A stretch of DNA of 64,000 nt. It comes from an uncultured Clostridium sp. Its GTDB lineage: Bacteria; Bacillota; Clostridia; TANB77; CAG-508. The notes beneath the pieces are model-generated. The model did no database searches. It was not told the DNA's origin and saw only the letters and a list, made by a program, of their open reading frames with translations. Made by a program: the position numbers and the translations under genes. Location of the stretch: contig CAMJCT010000005.1 in the NCBI GenBank assembly GCA_946404215.1, positions 14,685 through 78,684 of the forward strand, in the 5' to 3' direction. Positions 31,689 through 42,178 of the stretch are shown here, piece after piece. Positions within the stretch are counted from its first letter, which is position 1, and each line of letters begins with the position of its first letter.

Positions 31689-32849
31689 TTAATCCATTGG
31701 TCTTTCAACATTTATTGTAAAACTATATTTGTTATTTTCATTGCATATAATACTTTGCAAAACATCCTCTATTTGTTCCTTACTATACTCTTTATCGTAA
31801 GGAATTAAAATATCTAATAATATTTCTGCCTTATTATCTGAATCTTTTATAACCCTAAAATCATGAAAAGAGATGGAATTATCAAAATCTGACAATCCTT
31901 TCTTTATTTTTTCATGTATTCTTTTCTGTTCTTTATCTTCAGTACAAATAGGATCAACATGAATAGTTAAATTTAGATTAAACTCATTTTTAAAACGTCT
32001 TTCTATTTCATCTGCTAAATTATGTGCATCCATAATATCCATATTAGATGAAACTTCTATATGAATAGTAGCAAAATCCTTTCCAATTCCATAATTATGA
32101 ATTAATAGATCATGTACTCCTTGGACTTTCTCATATTTTAATATTTCATCTTTAATCTTCTCAATTTGTTCATTGCTAGGCATAATTCCCAGCATAGGAT
32201 TTATTGTTTCTTTTATCATTTTTATTGCAGAAATAACTATAAAAATTGAAATTCCTAATCCTATGTATCCATCTACATTTATATTAAATATATCCATAAT
32301 AACCATTGCAACTAAAACTGTGCATGTTATTATAATATCATTTCTTGAATCCATTGCATTTGCTTTAATTATATTTGAATTTATTGCTTTTGAAAAATCT
32401 AAATACACTAACATTTGTAATAATTTTATAAAAATAGCAATTATAAGCGTAAAATAAGTTATTCCACCTAATGCTATCTCTTCAGGAAAAATAATTTTCT
32501 GAATTGAAGCTTTAACAAATGTAAGACCAACTAAAAAAACTAAAAATGAGACTATTATTCCTGCAATATATTCATATCGTGCATGTCCATATGGGTGTTC
32601 TTTGTCTGGCGGTTTACTTGATATCTTAAATCCTAGTATAGTAACAATACTAGAAAAACTATCTGATAGATTATTTACTGCATCTGCCATAATAGTTATA
32701 CTATTAGCAAAAAAACCAATTAAAATTTTTATAACAAATAATAGTAAATTTGTTATTATTCCAAATGTACCTGAAACAATTCCATATTTATTTCTCACAT
32801 TTGTTTCTTCTGTATTTTTATAATCTTTAATGAATATTTTTTCTAACAT
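31689..32849 (-). CDS. Cation diffusion facilitator transporter (FieF-like)
   Basis: ADAVNNLSD, PPDKEHPYGHARYEY, DSRND, VHDLLIHNYG. Confidence 0.92.
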   Translation of the reverse strand: MLEKIFIKDYKNTEETNVRNKYGIVSGTFGIITNLLLFVIKILIGFFANSITIMADAVNNLSDSFSSIVTILGFKISSKPPDKEHPYGHARYEYIAGIIVSFLVFLVGLTFVKASIQKIIFPEEIALGGITYFTLIIAIFIKLLQMLVYLDFSKAINSNIIKANAMDSRNDIIITCTVLVAMVIMDIFNINVDGYIGLGISIFIVISAIKMIKETINPMLGIMPSNEQIEKIKDEILKYEKVQGVHDLLIHNYGIGKDFATIHIEVSSNMDIMDAHNLADEIERRFKNEFNLNLTIHVDPICTEDKEQKRIHEKIKKGLSDFDNSISFHDFRVIKDSDNKAEILLDILIPYDKEYSKEQIEDVLQSIICNENNKYSFTINVERPMD

Positions 32850-32875
32850 ATCTTTTCCTTTTTATATAAACTTAT

Positions 32876-33832
32876 CTATTCAAAAATTTCAAATTCTTTT
32901 ATTGGATTTCCTCTCAAGAAATCTTGTATAGGCATTCTTTTAGCATTTTCTCCTTGAATTTCAATTACCTTTAAAATTCCGTTTTTTGTTTTTATAAATA
33001 AACCATCTCGAGCATCAGAAACAAGTACCGTACCATTTCTTAAAAAATCCATATTCTCTGTTATTATTTCTTCATCAGTTGCTATATCAACTTTCCAAAA
33101 TTTTATTTTTTTTCCATTTAAATAAGAATACGCCCCCATAATTGGATTTAAACCTCTTACTAAATTCTTTATTTCCAAAGCAGTGCTTTTTACCCATTCT
33201 ATTTTCGCCATTTCTTTAGAAATCATAGGAGCAATTGAAAAATTGCCTTCTTGTTTTTGTCTTTTTATAATTCCTTGTTCTATCTCTTTTAGAGTTTTAA
33301 CCAATAATTCTCCACCTATAACTTTAAGTCTATCCCACAATTCTCCAGTTGTTTCTTCTTCACCAATAACTACCTCTTGTCTTAAAAGCATATCTCCAGT
33401 ATCCATACCCTCATCCATAAACATAGTCGTTATTCCTGTCTTTTTATCTCCATTTAATATAGCCCATTGAATAGGTGCTGCACCTCTATACTTAGGAAGT
33501 AAAGAAGCATGTACATTTACACAACCATATTTCGGGATATCTAATATTTCCTTTGGAAGAATTTTGCCATAAGCTACCACGCAAATAATATCTGGGTTTA
33601 AATTTTTTATCTCATTTATAAATTCAATATTATTTCTTATTTTCAACGGTTGATATATTTTTATATTTTTTTCCTCTGCAAATTTTTTTACTTCTGAAGG
33701 AATCATTTTCATTCCTCTTCCCTTTGGCTTGTCAGGATTAGTAACAACCGCTAGTATATTATGTTTTGCATTATATAACGCTTTTAAACTTTCCTCTGCA
33801 AAATCTGGTGTTCCCATAAATACTATATTCAT
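32876..33832 (-). CDS. fmt: Methionyl-tRNA formyltransferase
   Basis: IVFMGTPDFA, NVHASLLPKYRGAAPIQW, MDEGMDTG. Confidence 0.97.
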   Translation of the reverse strand: MNIVFMGTPDFAEESLKALYNAKHNILAVVTNPDKPKGRGMKMIPSEVKKFAEEKNIKIYQPLKIRNNIEFINEIKNLNPDIICVVAYGKILPKEILDIPKYGCVNVHASLLPKYRGAAPIQWAILNGDKKTGITTMFMDEGMDTGDMLLRQEVVIGEEETTGELWDRLKVIGGELLVKTLKEIEQGIIKRQKQEGNFSIAPMISKEMAKIEWVKSTALEIKNLVRGLNPIMGAYSYLNGKKIKFWKVDIATDEEIITENMDFLRNGTVLVSDARDGLFIKTKNGILKVIEIQGENAKRMPIQDFLRGNPIKEFEIFE

Positions 33833-33901
33833 ATCAAATTTTGCTCCCTTCATTTAATATTATTTAGTCACTTGAAAAAACTTTCTAAAAACTTAAAAGA
33901 A

Positions 33902-34378
33902 CTATTTTTCTGGTTCTACATATTCTAATGTTCCTGGCACTATTTTATCAACAAAAACTTCTCCATTTAAATGGTCAACTTCATGACATATAGCCTGTGC
34001 TAATAACTCTTTAGCTTTTACTCTCATTTTCTTGCCTTCTCTATCTATATATTCTGCCGTAACTTCTGCAGGTCTTATAACTTTTGCAAACTGATTTGGA
34101 AAACTTAAGCACCCTTCGTCTACCTCTTGTTCACCTTTTGTTTTTGTAATTACAGGATTTATTAATACAATTGGACCTCTATCATCATATAAATCTATTG
34201 TTATTACTCTTTTTAATATTCCTACTTGAACAGCTGCAAGTCCAACTCCATTATATTTATGCATTGTCTCAATCATATCATCTATTAATATTTGCAATTT
34301 ATCATCTATTACTTCAACTTCTTTAGATTTCTTTTTTAATATTTCATCTCCTTCAAATCTTAAGTTTCTTATTGCCAT
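33902..34378 (-). CDS. def: Peptide deformylase
   Basis: GVGLAAVQVG, EGCLS, HEVDHLNG. Confidence 0.97.
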   Translation of the reverse strand: MAIRNLRFEGDEILKKKSKEVEVIDDKLQILIDDMIETMHKYNGVGLAAVQVGILKRVITIDLYDDRGPIVLINPVITKTKGEQEVDEGCLSFPNQFAKVIRPAEVTAEYIDREGKKMRVKAKELLAQAICHEVDHLNGEVFVDKIVPGTLEYVEPEK

Positions 34379-34451
34379 TTTATTTCTCCTTTCATTTCAT
34401 TCTATATTTGATTTCACTAATTAATTATTATATAAAACATATAATTTAAAT

Positions 34452-36782
34452 TTACATCATATTATTAGGGTTCACATCTATTGTAACTTTGGTATTTTTA
34501 AAATCTTTTGAATATAATTCGTTCAAACAATTATTTAAAATTTCATTTTCTTGTCCAGACATAACTCCTTTTATTATAATTCTCCATCTATATTTGTTTT
34601 GAATTTTATCAATTGGTGATGGCATCGGTTTAAAAATTTTATAATCTTCTTTACTTAACCTTGTATCCAAATACTTATATATCCAATTACTTATATTAAT
34701 AATGTCTTTTTCATTTGTTCCATTAAAATTTATCAATATTATATCGCAAAAAGGAGGATATTTCAATTGTTTTCTCAATGTAACTTCCGTTTCATAAAAC
34801 ATTTCATAATTCTGTTTTTGGGCAGTTTTAATACTAAAATCACTTGGGTTATATGTTTGAATAATAACTCTTCCCTGCATATTTTCCCTACCTGCCCTTC
34901 CTGCTACTTGTGTTAAAATTTGAAATGTTCTTTCACTAGCCCTATAATCATCAATATTTAAAGTAGTATCTGCTGCAATTACCCCTACTAATGTTACATT
35001 TGGAAAATGATGACCTTTTACAACCATTTGAGTTCCAATTAAAATATCTATGTTTTCATTCTTAAACCTATTTAATATATCCTCATGAGAATTCTTCTTT
35101 GTTACAGTATCTACATCCATTCTAATTATTTTAGCTGATGGAAATTGTTTAATTATTTCTTGTTCCAATTTTTGAGTCCCAGTTCCAAAATATCTTATCT
35201 TATCACTATGGCACTCTGGACATATGGTAACTATATCTTCCTGATAACCACAATAATGACATTTTAATTTTTTTTCAAAACTATGGTATGTAAGACTAAT
35301 ATTACAATTTTTACATTTTACAGTATAGCCACAATTTCTACACATTATAAATGTTGAATACCCACGTCTATTTAAAAACAATATTGTTTGTTTTTTATTT
35401 TTTAAATTTTCTTCTATTGCAGAATATAAGCACATACTTAGCATTGAATGATTTCCGTTTGCAAGCTCTTGTTTTAAATCTACTATTTCAACATTTGGTA
35501 AAGATGAATTATTTGCCCTTTTTGTTAATTTTAATAATTCAATTTTACAATCACTGTTATAATTATCATTCTTGCCTTTTGTATTATAAATCTGTTTATT
35601 CTGTTCTTGTTTTTCATCCAGTTCTTTTGCTTTATAATATGTTCTTATATCCGGTGTAGCACTTCCTAGCAATAAAGGACATTTTTCCTTTTGAGCAATA
35701 TACATAGCAACTTCTTTTGCATCATATTTTGGATTTGCCTCAGATTTATATGAACTATCATGTTCTTCATCAATTATAATTATTCCTAAATTTTTAGCTG
35801 GTGCAAATATTGCAGACCTTGCACCTATAACAATTTTTGCTCTGCCTTCTTCTATTTTTTTCCACTCATCATGTCTTTCCCCTATTGACAATTTACTATG
35901 CAATACTGCAATACTTTCCTTTCCAAACCTAGCAATAAATCTATCTAACATTTGTGGAGTCAATGATATTTCTGGTACCAACAATATTGATGTTTTATTA
36001 TTTTCTATAACTTTATCTATTAATTGTAAATATATTTCTGTTTTACCTGATCCTGTAACTCCATACAACAAAAATGATTTATATTGTTTTTCTTCTATTT
36101 TTGTCTTTATTCTTTCATATGCATTTTTTTGCTCATCTGTTAATTTTAATTTCTGTGTTTTCTCATTTTTCCTAATTTTTTTTACATCTTTATATAATAA
36201 TGGATTTCTTTCTACCTGTTTTACTAATACTTGCAAATATCCATTTTTTATTAGTGTATTTACAATTGCCCTAGAAGCTCCCACAAATGTTTCTATTTCC
36301 GGCACAGTAGCTTCACCATTTTTCATAATAAATTGTAAAACTTTCATTTGTTTTTCAGATTTTATTTTTTTAGTTTTAATATCAATTTCAACCTTTTCCA
36401 TACTTTTATTTAAACAAATTAGGTTTATCTTTTTATTATCAATTCTATTTTCTTTATTTTTATTTCTCGTTCCAGGAGTTAGCATTAACTTTATACATTC
36501 AGAAACATTACAAAAATATCTTTTTGACATCCAATTTGCAAGCTCCATTTGTTCACCTGATAAATTGGTTTCTACCTTTGTAATATCTTTTATTTCATAT
36601 TTATAATCTGTTTTTTCTTTTATATTTGTAACAAAAGCTTCCTCTAATTTTCCACCCTTGCCAAAAGGTACTAAAACTTTGCTTCCAATAACAACAAAAT
36701 CTTCCATATTTTTAGGAATATTGTAATCAAACATTCTATTCAACTTTTTTGCTGTTCTATTTATTATAACTTCTGCTATCAT
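34452..36782 (-). CDS. priA: Primosomal protein N'
   Basis: GVTGSGKTE, DEEH, CxxC zinc motifs, QVAGRAGR. Confidence 0.96.
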   Translation of the reverse strand: MIAEVIINRTAKKLNRMFDYNIPKNMEDFVVIGSKVLVPFGKGGKLEEAFVTNIKEKTDYKYEIKDITKVETNLSGEQMELANWMSKRYFCNVSECIKLMLTPGTRNKNKENRIDNKKINLICLNKSMEKVEIDIKTKKIKSEKQMKVLQFIMKNGEATVPEIETFVGASRAIVNTLIKNGYLQVLVKQVERNPLLYKDVKKIRKNEKTQKLKLTDEQKNAYERIKTKIEEKQYKSFLLYGVTGSGKTEIYLQLIDKVIENNKTSILLVPEISLTPQMLDRFIARFGKESIAVLHSKLSIGERHDEWKKIEEGRAKIVIGARSAIFAPAKNLGIIIIDEEHDSSYKSEANPKYDAKEVAMYIAQKEKCPLLLGSATPDIRTYYKAKELDEKQEQNKQIYNTKGKNDNYNSDCKIELLKLTKRANNSSLPNVEIVDLKQELANGNHSMLSMCLYSAIEENLKNKKQTILFLNRRGYSTFIMCRNCGYTVKCKNCNISLTYHSFEKKLKCHYCGYQEDIVTICPECHSDKIRYFGTGTQKLEQEIIKQFPSAKIIRMDVDTVTKKNSHEDILNRFKNENIDILIGTQMVVKGHHFPNVTLVGVIAADTTLNIDDYRASERTFQILTQVAGRAGRENMQGRVIIQTYNPSDFSIKTAQKQNYEMFYETEVTLRKQLKYPPFCDIILINFNGTNEKDIINISNWIYKYLDTRLSKEDYKIFKPMPSPIDKIQNKYRWRIIIKGVMSGQENEILNNCLNELYSKDFKNTKVTIDVNPNNMM

Positions 36783-36852
36783 TAACAATCTGCCTTTCTT
36801 ATAAAGAGATTTTTTACAAATTACCATATGACCTTATTTAAAAAATGCCACA

Positions 36853-37428
36853 TTACTCTTGTGACATTTCTATTTCTCTTTCACTTTCGATTATGGTTTG
36901 TATAATTTTTACCGTTTTTTCAAAGTCATCATTTTTTATAACATAATCATATAGCTTTATTTTTGACTCTTCATACTCAAGTCTACCTAGCCTTAACTCT
37001 AGCTCTTCTTCAGAAAGATTATCTCCTCTTGCAATTAATCTTCTTCTTAATTCTTCTTTTTCAACTTTTAAAAATATTGTAACCACATTTGTATCATTTT
37101 TTAAAATTTTAACTAGGTTTTCTGTTCCATTTACTTCAATGTCTTTAACTATTATTTTTCCACTTTTAATTTTTTCATTCATTAATTTTCTTGATGTTCC
37201 ATAATAATTATTATGATGTAAGTCATATTCGTAAAATTCATTGTTCTTAATTCTTTTTTCAAAATCTTCTTTTGATATAAAATGGTATTGAATTCCTTCT
37301 TCTTCGCCTTCACGAGGAGCTCTTGATGTATAAGATGGAAGAGATATAACATCTTCCATTCTTTTAATTAATTCTTTTTTTATAGTATCTTTTCCTGCTC
37401 CAGAAACTCCAGATAAGATTACTAACAT
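36853..37428 (-). CDS. gmk: Guanylate kinase
   Basis: GVSGAGKDT P-loop, TSRAPREGE, YYGT. Confidence 0.93.
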   Translation of the reverse strand: MLVILSGVSGAGKDTIKKELIKRMEDVISLPSYTSRAPREGEEEGIQYHFISKEDFEKRIKNNEFYEYDLHHNNYYGTSRKLMNEKIKSGKIIVKDIEVNGTENLVKILKNDTNVVTIFLKVEKEELRRRLIARGDNLSEEELELRLGRLEYEESKIKLYDYVIKNDDFEKTVKIIQTIIESEREIEMSQE

Positions 37429-37616
37429 ATTGTTACCTTCCCTTCTGAAATCTCATTGGCAGCTAATGTTACAGGTGACTCTTCATTAACATTTGTTTTT
37501 GGTTCATCTCCCATTGAAATTTGTCTAGCTCTTCTTGCTGTAGCAATTACTAATTCATATCTATTTTGTGCTTTTGTTAATAACTCTGCTACTGTTGGTT
37601 TTACTATCATTTTCAC
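37422..37616 (-). CDS. rpoZ: RNA polymerase omega subunit
   Basis: NRYELVIATARRARQI...SPVTLAANEI. Confidence 0.93.
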   Translation of the reverse strand: MKMIVKPTVAELLTKAQNRYELVIATARRARQISMGDEPKTNVNEESPVTLAANEISEGKVTIC

Positions 37617-37622
37617 TCACTC

Positions 37623-37925
37623 CTATTCTTGTTTTGCTGACTCTAAACTAGCAGCTTGTTTGTTGATATCATCTTGTGATATAGTTTTATCTATTCTTCC
37701 ACCAACTGTCTCTGGTTGAACAGCTGATAAAATAATATGACCTGAATCCATTATAAGTACAGCTCTTGTCCTCCTACCATATGTTGCATCTACAGCTGTT
37801 TTGTTATCTTTTGCTTCTTGAACCATCCTTTTTATTGGTGCTGACTCCGGACTAACAATTGCCACAATTCTTTCTGCTGAAACAATATTTCCAAATCCTA
37901 TGTTTACTAATTGCATATTACCCAT
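37623..37925 (-). CDS. remA: RemA/DUF370 family protein
   Basis: [26 protein letters not shown]...[11 protein letters not shown]. Confidence 0.93.
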   Translation of the reverse strand: MGNMQLVNIGFGNIVSAERIVAIVSPESAPIKRMVQEAKDNKTAVDATYGRRTRAVLIMDSGHIILSAVQPETVGGRIDKTISQDDINKQAASLESAKQE

Positions 37926-37930
37926 CCTTT

Positions 37931-38806
37931 CTATTCTATATTTTGTATTTGTTCTCTTATGTTTTCTAACTCTGTTTTTATATCAATAACACCATTTGTA
38001 ATATCTAAGCTACTTGCTTTTGAACCAATAGTATTTGTTTCTCTATTCATTTCTTGAATTATAAAATCTAACTTTTTACCTATTGCATCTTGTGAACTTA
38101 ATAAATTACTAAATTGCAATATGTGGCTTTTTAACCTTGTAACCTCTTCTTCAATAGAACATTTATCTGCATAAATTACTACTTCCTGTGCTAGCCTATT
38201 TTCATCTACATCTTGATTATTTAGTATTTCCTTTATTCTTTCTTCTAATTTTACTACATATTCTTCAATAAGTCCAGTAGAAATTTTAGATATTTCATTT
38301 ACCTTTTCTTCGACATTTTTTATTCTTATTATTAAATCTTCAGCAATCTTCTTACCTTCTGTTTCTCTCATTTGCAATAATTTTTCTGTAGCCATTTTTG
38401 TTGTTTCTAGTACTTCTTTTCTTATCACTTCATCTTCTTGTGTATTTTGAATATTCAAAACATCCGGAAATTTTGAAATTTCTGTTACTTCTATATTTGA
38501 TTGTATATGTTCTTGCTCTGCTAAACTTTTTAACTGCTGTATATATATTTTTGCCAATTCTGTATTTATTTTAACTTCTCTTCCTTCTGTTGAATTATTT
38601 TCAAATATAATAAAAACATCCACTTTACCTCTTTTAATTTTAGATGATATTTCTTTTTTTATTTCTTCTTCTAAATAACTAAATTGTCTTGGCATTTTCA
38701 CAGAAATATCTAAATACCTATGGTTAACACTTTTTATTTCAATTTGATAATTTCTTAAATCTTTTGAAAGTGCATCTTTACCATAACCTGTCATACTTCT
38801 AATCAT
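37931..38806 (-). CDS. yicC: YicC/YloC family endoribonuclease
   Basis: [38 protein letters not shown]. Confidence 0.95.
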   Translation of the reverse strand: MIRSMTGYGKDALSKDLRNYQIEIKSVNHRYLDISVKMPRQFSYLEEEIKKEISSKIKRGKVDVFIIFENNSTEGREVKINTELAKIYIQQLKSLAEQEHIQSNIEVTEISKFPDVLNIQNTQEDEVIRKEVLETTKMATEKLLQMRETEGKKIAEDLIIRIKNVEEKVNEISKISTGLIEEYVVKLEERIKEILNNQDVDENRLAQEVVIYADKCSIEEEVTRLKSHILQFSNLLSSQDAIGKKLDFIIQEMNRETNTIGSKASSLDITNGVIDIKTELENIREQIQNIE

Positions 38807-39531
38807 TGTTTTACCTCTTTTTCATTTAATTGTTTTTTTATTTGCTTTTTTCTTTTTTCTTCTTTAGGCTTTACCTTTGTTTTATCAGACTTCACATTTC
38901 TTTTTCTTGATTTTTCACCAGATTTTGTTGCCTTTTTCTTGGACTTTTTAGCTGTTTTTTCTTCCTTAACTTGTTCTTTTGGTGTTTCTTTAGCTTTTTG
39001 ATCTGTATCTGTCTTTTTCTTTGCTTCTTTTTTTATGGGTTGTTCTTTTTTTACAATTTCAGATATATCACTAAAACTTTTTAAATACTCTCTCTTTCCT
39101 TTTGTATATAAAACTATAGACTTTAAAACAAAATAAATAGAAAAGATATATGAAGAAGTTAATAAATAGTATCTAAAATCATATTTAAATAAAGTAGTTA
39201 CATGCATTATAGTTAAACTATGTATTGATAAACAAAAAAGTTCAACCCCTGTTAAAGAAGTTTCAAATTTTTCATTTTTATATGCCTTTTCCAACATTAT
39301 TATACCAACAAATAAATATGTTCCTGCAAATACTTTTATATCTTCTACCAATCTTTCTTGTTTCATAGCCGAATATGCCATATTTAAAGTTATAAAATAC
39401 AGCATTATCATTATTCCCTTTAATAAATTGCTAAAAATTTTATTAAGAATTTCTTGAGATACTTCTTTTGGAATCTTTTTTTCTTTTTCTGCAATTTTTA
39501 CATCTTTTTCTTTTAACTCATTTTTATTCAT
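38803..39531 (-). CDS. Hypothetical membrane protein with Lys-rich C-terminal tail
   Basis: About four hydrophobic segments followed by a charged tail; stop overlaps the yicC start. Confidence 0.8.
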   Translation of the reverse strand: MNKNELKEKDVKIAEKEKKIPKEVSQEILNKIFSNLLKGIMIMLYFITLNMAYSAMKQERLVEDIKVFAGTYLFVGIIMLEKAYKNEKFETSLTGVELFCLSIHSLTIMHVTTLFKYDFRYYLLTSSYIFSIYFVLKSIVLYTKGKREYLKSFSDISEIVKKEQPIKKEAKKKTDTDQKAKETPKEQVKEEKTAKKSKKKATKSGEKSRKRNVKSDKTKVKPKEEKRKKQIKKQLNEKEVKQ

Positions 39532-39567
39532 TTTAAATTATATCCTTCCTAAAAATGCATAATCATT

Positions 39568-40323
39568 TTACTCTAATTCATACATAATAATGCTAATTAT
39601 ATTTAATGCAACTGTCTCTGTTCTCATAATTCTTTTTCCTAAAGTTACTATTTTTGCACCACTTTCCTTTAACTTATCTATTTCAAACGAATCTATTCCA
39701 CCTTCTGGTCCAATTAAAATTCCTATCTTTATTTCTTTTTTTGTATTAACTATTTGCCTTTTTATTTTGCCAATTTCTTGTTTCAAAGTGTTTTCTTGTT
39801 CATTTTCATAAGCAACTAACATTACATCATACTCTTTACATGAATTGCAAACATCGTTAATAGTAATAGCAGTATTTATTTTAGGTATAATACTTCTTCC
39901 ACTTTGCTTTGCAGCCACCTCTGAAATTTTTTGCCATCTTTCTATTTTTTTTGCTTTCTCTTTTTCATTTAGCTTTACTACACACCTTTTCATTTCAACT
40001 GGCGTTATTTCAAACACACCCAACTCTACTGATTTTTGAATTACTAATTCCATTTTGTCTGCTTTAGGCAATCCCTGAAATATTGTAACCTTTATATTAG
40101 ATTCTACCTTAGTTTCTAACTCATTTTTTATTCTACAGATTATTTTATTATCATTTAGTTCTACTATTTCACATAGGTAATCTTTGGAGGTAGTAATATC
40201 ACATACTTGTATTTCTTCATTTACTTTTTTTCTTAATACATTTTTTATATGGTTAACATCTTTTCCAATAATATTAATTCTATCTTGTTCAATTTTATCT
40301 GCTTCTACAAAAAATTTAGGCAT
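39568..40323 (-). CDS. rsmE: 16S rRNA m3U1498 methyltransferase RsmE
   Basis: HIKNVLR, QKSVELGV, IGPEGG, LGKRIMRTETV. Confidence 0.95.
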   Translation of the reverse strand: MPKFFVEADKIEQDRINIIGKDVNHIKNVLRKKVNEEIQVCDITTSKDYLCEIVELNDNKIICRIKNELETKVESNIKVTIFQGLPKADKMELVIQKSVELGVFEITPVEMKRCVVKLNEKEKAKKIERWQKISEVAAKQSGRSIIPKINTAITINDVCNSCKEYDVMLVAYENEQENTLKQEIGKIKRQIVNTKKEIKIGILIGPEGGIDSFEIDKLKESGAKIVTLGKRIMRTETVALNIISIIMYELE

Positions 40324-40447
40324 ACTGAATTATATTCCTTCCTAAAGACTATTTTATATATTATTCTATCTTACTTTTTTGATATATTTATTATATATTT
40401 ATATGGTCTTTTTTTCAAGTTTTTTTTAAAATTGTACAATTTTTTTG

Positions 40448-40494
40448 GTTACTGTTCGTTACTGGTCAGTGCTCTTTGAGGGTGCTTTGGAAAA
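40448..40494. repeat. Internally deleted remnant of the MITE-like family
   Basis: GTTACTGTTC-GTTACTGGTCAGT (duplicated left end) fused to CTTTGAGGGTGCTTT, which also occurs inside the 16837 copy. Confidence 0.6.
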
Positions 40495-40497
40495 TAG

Positions 40498-40532
40498 AAT
40501 CCCCTATCCTTACCTAGGACAGGGGATTTTTA
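40498..40532 (-). terminator. Terminator hairpin after purC
   Basis: AATCCCCTATCCT...AGGACAGGGGATT stem. Confidence 0.65.
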
Positions 40533-40543
40533 CTATTATCTTA

Positions 40544-41392
40544 TTATAACTGCTCACCTGTAAGTATTTTGTATATTTCAAAATACTTGTTGACAGTAGC
40601 ATATATAACTCCCTTAGGAATTATAGGTGCTGGTAAATGATCATTCCAACCATTGCTTTTAAGCCAATCTCTTAAAAATTGCTTATCCAAACTCGGAGGA
40701 GCTTCACCTAAGCGATATTTATCTGCCGGCCAGAAGCGACTACTATCAGGAGTTAAAACCTCATCTGCCAATACCAAGTTTCCATTTTCATCAATTCCAA
40801 ATTCAAACTTGGTGTCAGCCACGATAATTCCTTTGCTCCTTGCATACTCTGAACCCTTTTCGTATAATGCCAAACTTACCTCTTTAAGCTTACTTGCCAT
40901 ATCGGTTCCTATTAGGTCTGACAATTCTTTATATGTAAGATTCTCGTCATGGCTTTCAGTTGCCTTGGTCGTTGGTGTGAAAATTGGACTACTAAATTTC
41001 TCTGACTCTCTAAGACCTGGAAGAAATTTTATACCACATACGGTATTATCTTTTTTGTACGACTCCCATGCAGAACCAGTAAGGTATCCTCTTACCACAC
41101 ACTCAATCGGAATCATATTAAGCGTCCTAACTAACATGCAACGTCCCTGGAATTTCACCTCTTGAAATTCTTCAGGCATCTGTTCAACGTCAGTTGTTAT
41201 CATATGATTCGGTATAATGTCGCTCAGTTTTTCGAACCAAAATCTGGATAATTGATTAAGAACCAAACCTTTGTAAGGAATTTCCTCATTCAGCACAACA
41301 TCAAAGGCTGATACTCTGTCTGTTGTAACTACTACAAGGTTATCTCCAGATTGATAGATGTCCCTAACCTTTCCGCTTGCAATTTTCCGCAT
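40544..41392 (-). CDS. purC: SAICAR synthetase
   Basis: SGKVRDIY, ECVVRGYLTGS, ADTKFEFG, DEVLTPDSSRFW, LDKQFLRDW. Confidence 0.95.
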   Translation of the reverse strand: MRKIASGKVRDIYQSGDNLVVVTTDRVSAFDVVLNEEIPYKGLVLNQLSRFWFEKLSDIIPNHMITTDVEQMPEEFQEVKFQGRCMLVRTLNMIPIECVVRGYLTGSAWESYKKDNTVCGIKFLPGLRESEKFSSPIFTPTTKATESHDENLTYKELSDLIGTDMASKLKEVSLALYEKGSEYARSKGIIVADTKFEFGIDENGNLVLADEVLTPDSSRFWPADKYRLGEAPPSLDKQFLRDWLKSNGWNDHLPAPIIPKGVIYATVNKYFEIYKILTGEQL

Positions 41393-41536
41393 TTGACTCA
41401 TCCTTTCTGTAATAATAGTATTTATTTTCAACTTACATTTTAAGGTCATATATTATTCTATGACCAATACTGCAAGTACGAAGTAATATTATATTATCAC
41501 GATTTACATAAAAAGTAAATCTTTTTAAACTCCTTT

Positions 41537-42076
41537 TTAGTAATTTTCTGACTTAACTTCAAAGTATGCTTTTGGATGATTACATACAGGACAAATGTCT
41601 GGAGCATATTTCCCAACAACTATATGTCCACAATTTCTACATTTCCAAATTGTGTCTCCATCTTTACTAAATACTAATCCACTTTCCAAATTTTCCACTA
41701 GTTTTAAGTATCTTGCTTCATGTTCTTTTTCTATTTTCCCTACTTCTTCAAACAAATAAGCAATATGATCAAATCCTTCTTCTTTTGCCTCCTTAGCCAT
41801 TCTGTCATACATATCTGTCCATTCGTAGTTTTCTCCACCTGCTGCTGATTTTAAATTTTCGATTGTTGTTGGAACTTGTCCTTCATTTAATAATTTAAAC
41901 CATATTTTTGCGTGCTCTTTTTCGTTGTCTGCTGTTTCTTGAAATATTGCAGCTATTTGCTCATACCCCTCTTTTTTTGCTTTACTTGCAAAATATGTAT
42001 ATTTATTTCTAGCTTGAGACTCTCCTGCAAAAGCATCCATTAAATTTTTTTCTGTTTTACTTCCTCTTAATTCCAT
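41537..42076 (-). CDS. rbr: Rubrerythrin
   Basis: [18 protein letters not shown]-terminal CRNCG...CPVC rubredoxin domain. Confidence 0.95.
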   Translation of the reverse strand: MELRGSKTEKNLMDAFAGESQARNKYTYFASKAKKEGYEQIAAIFQETADNEKEHAKIWFKLLNEGQVPTTIENLKSAAGGENYEWTDMYDRMAKEAKEEGFDHIAYLFEEVGKIEKEHEARYLKLVENLESGLVFSKDGDTIWKCRNCGHIVVGKYAPDICPVCNHPKAYFEVKSENY

Positions 42077-42178
42077 TATAAAATTCCTCCTCAAAATTTT
42101 TATTAAAATTTAATATTTTTTATTTTAGAAATGTAATATTTTACATGTTAGTGATAGAAAGCGCCAACGAAGTAACTA

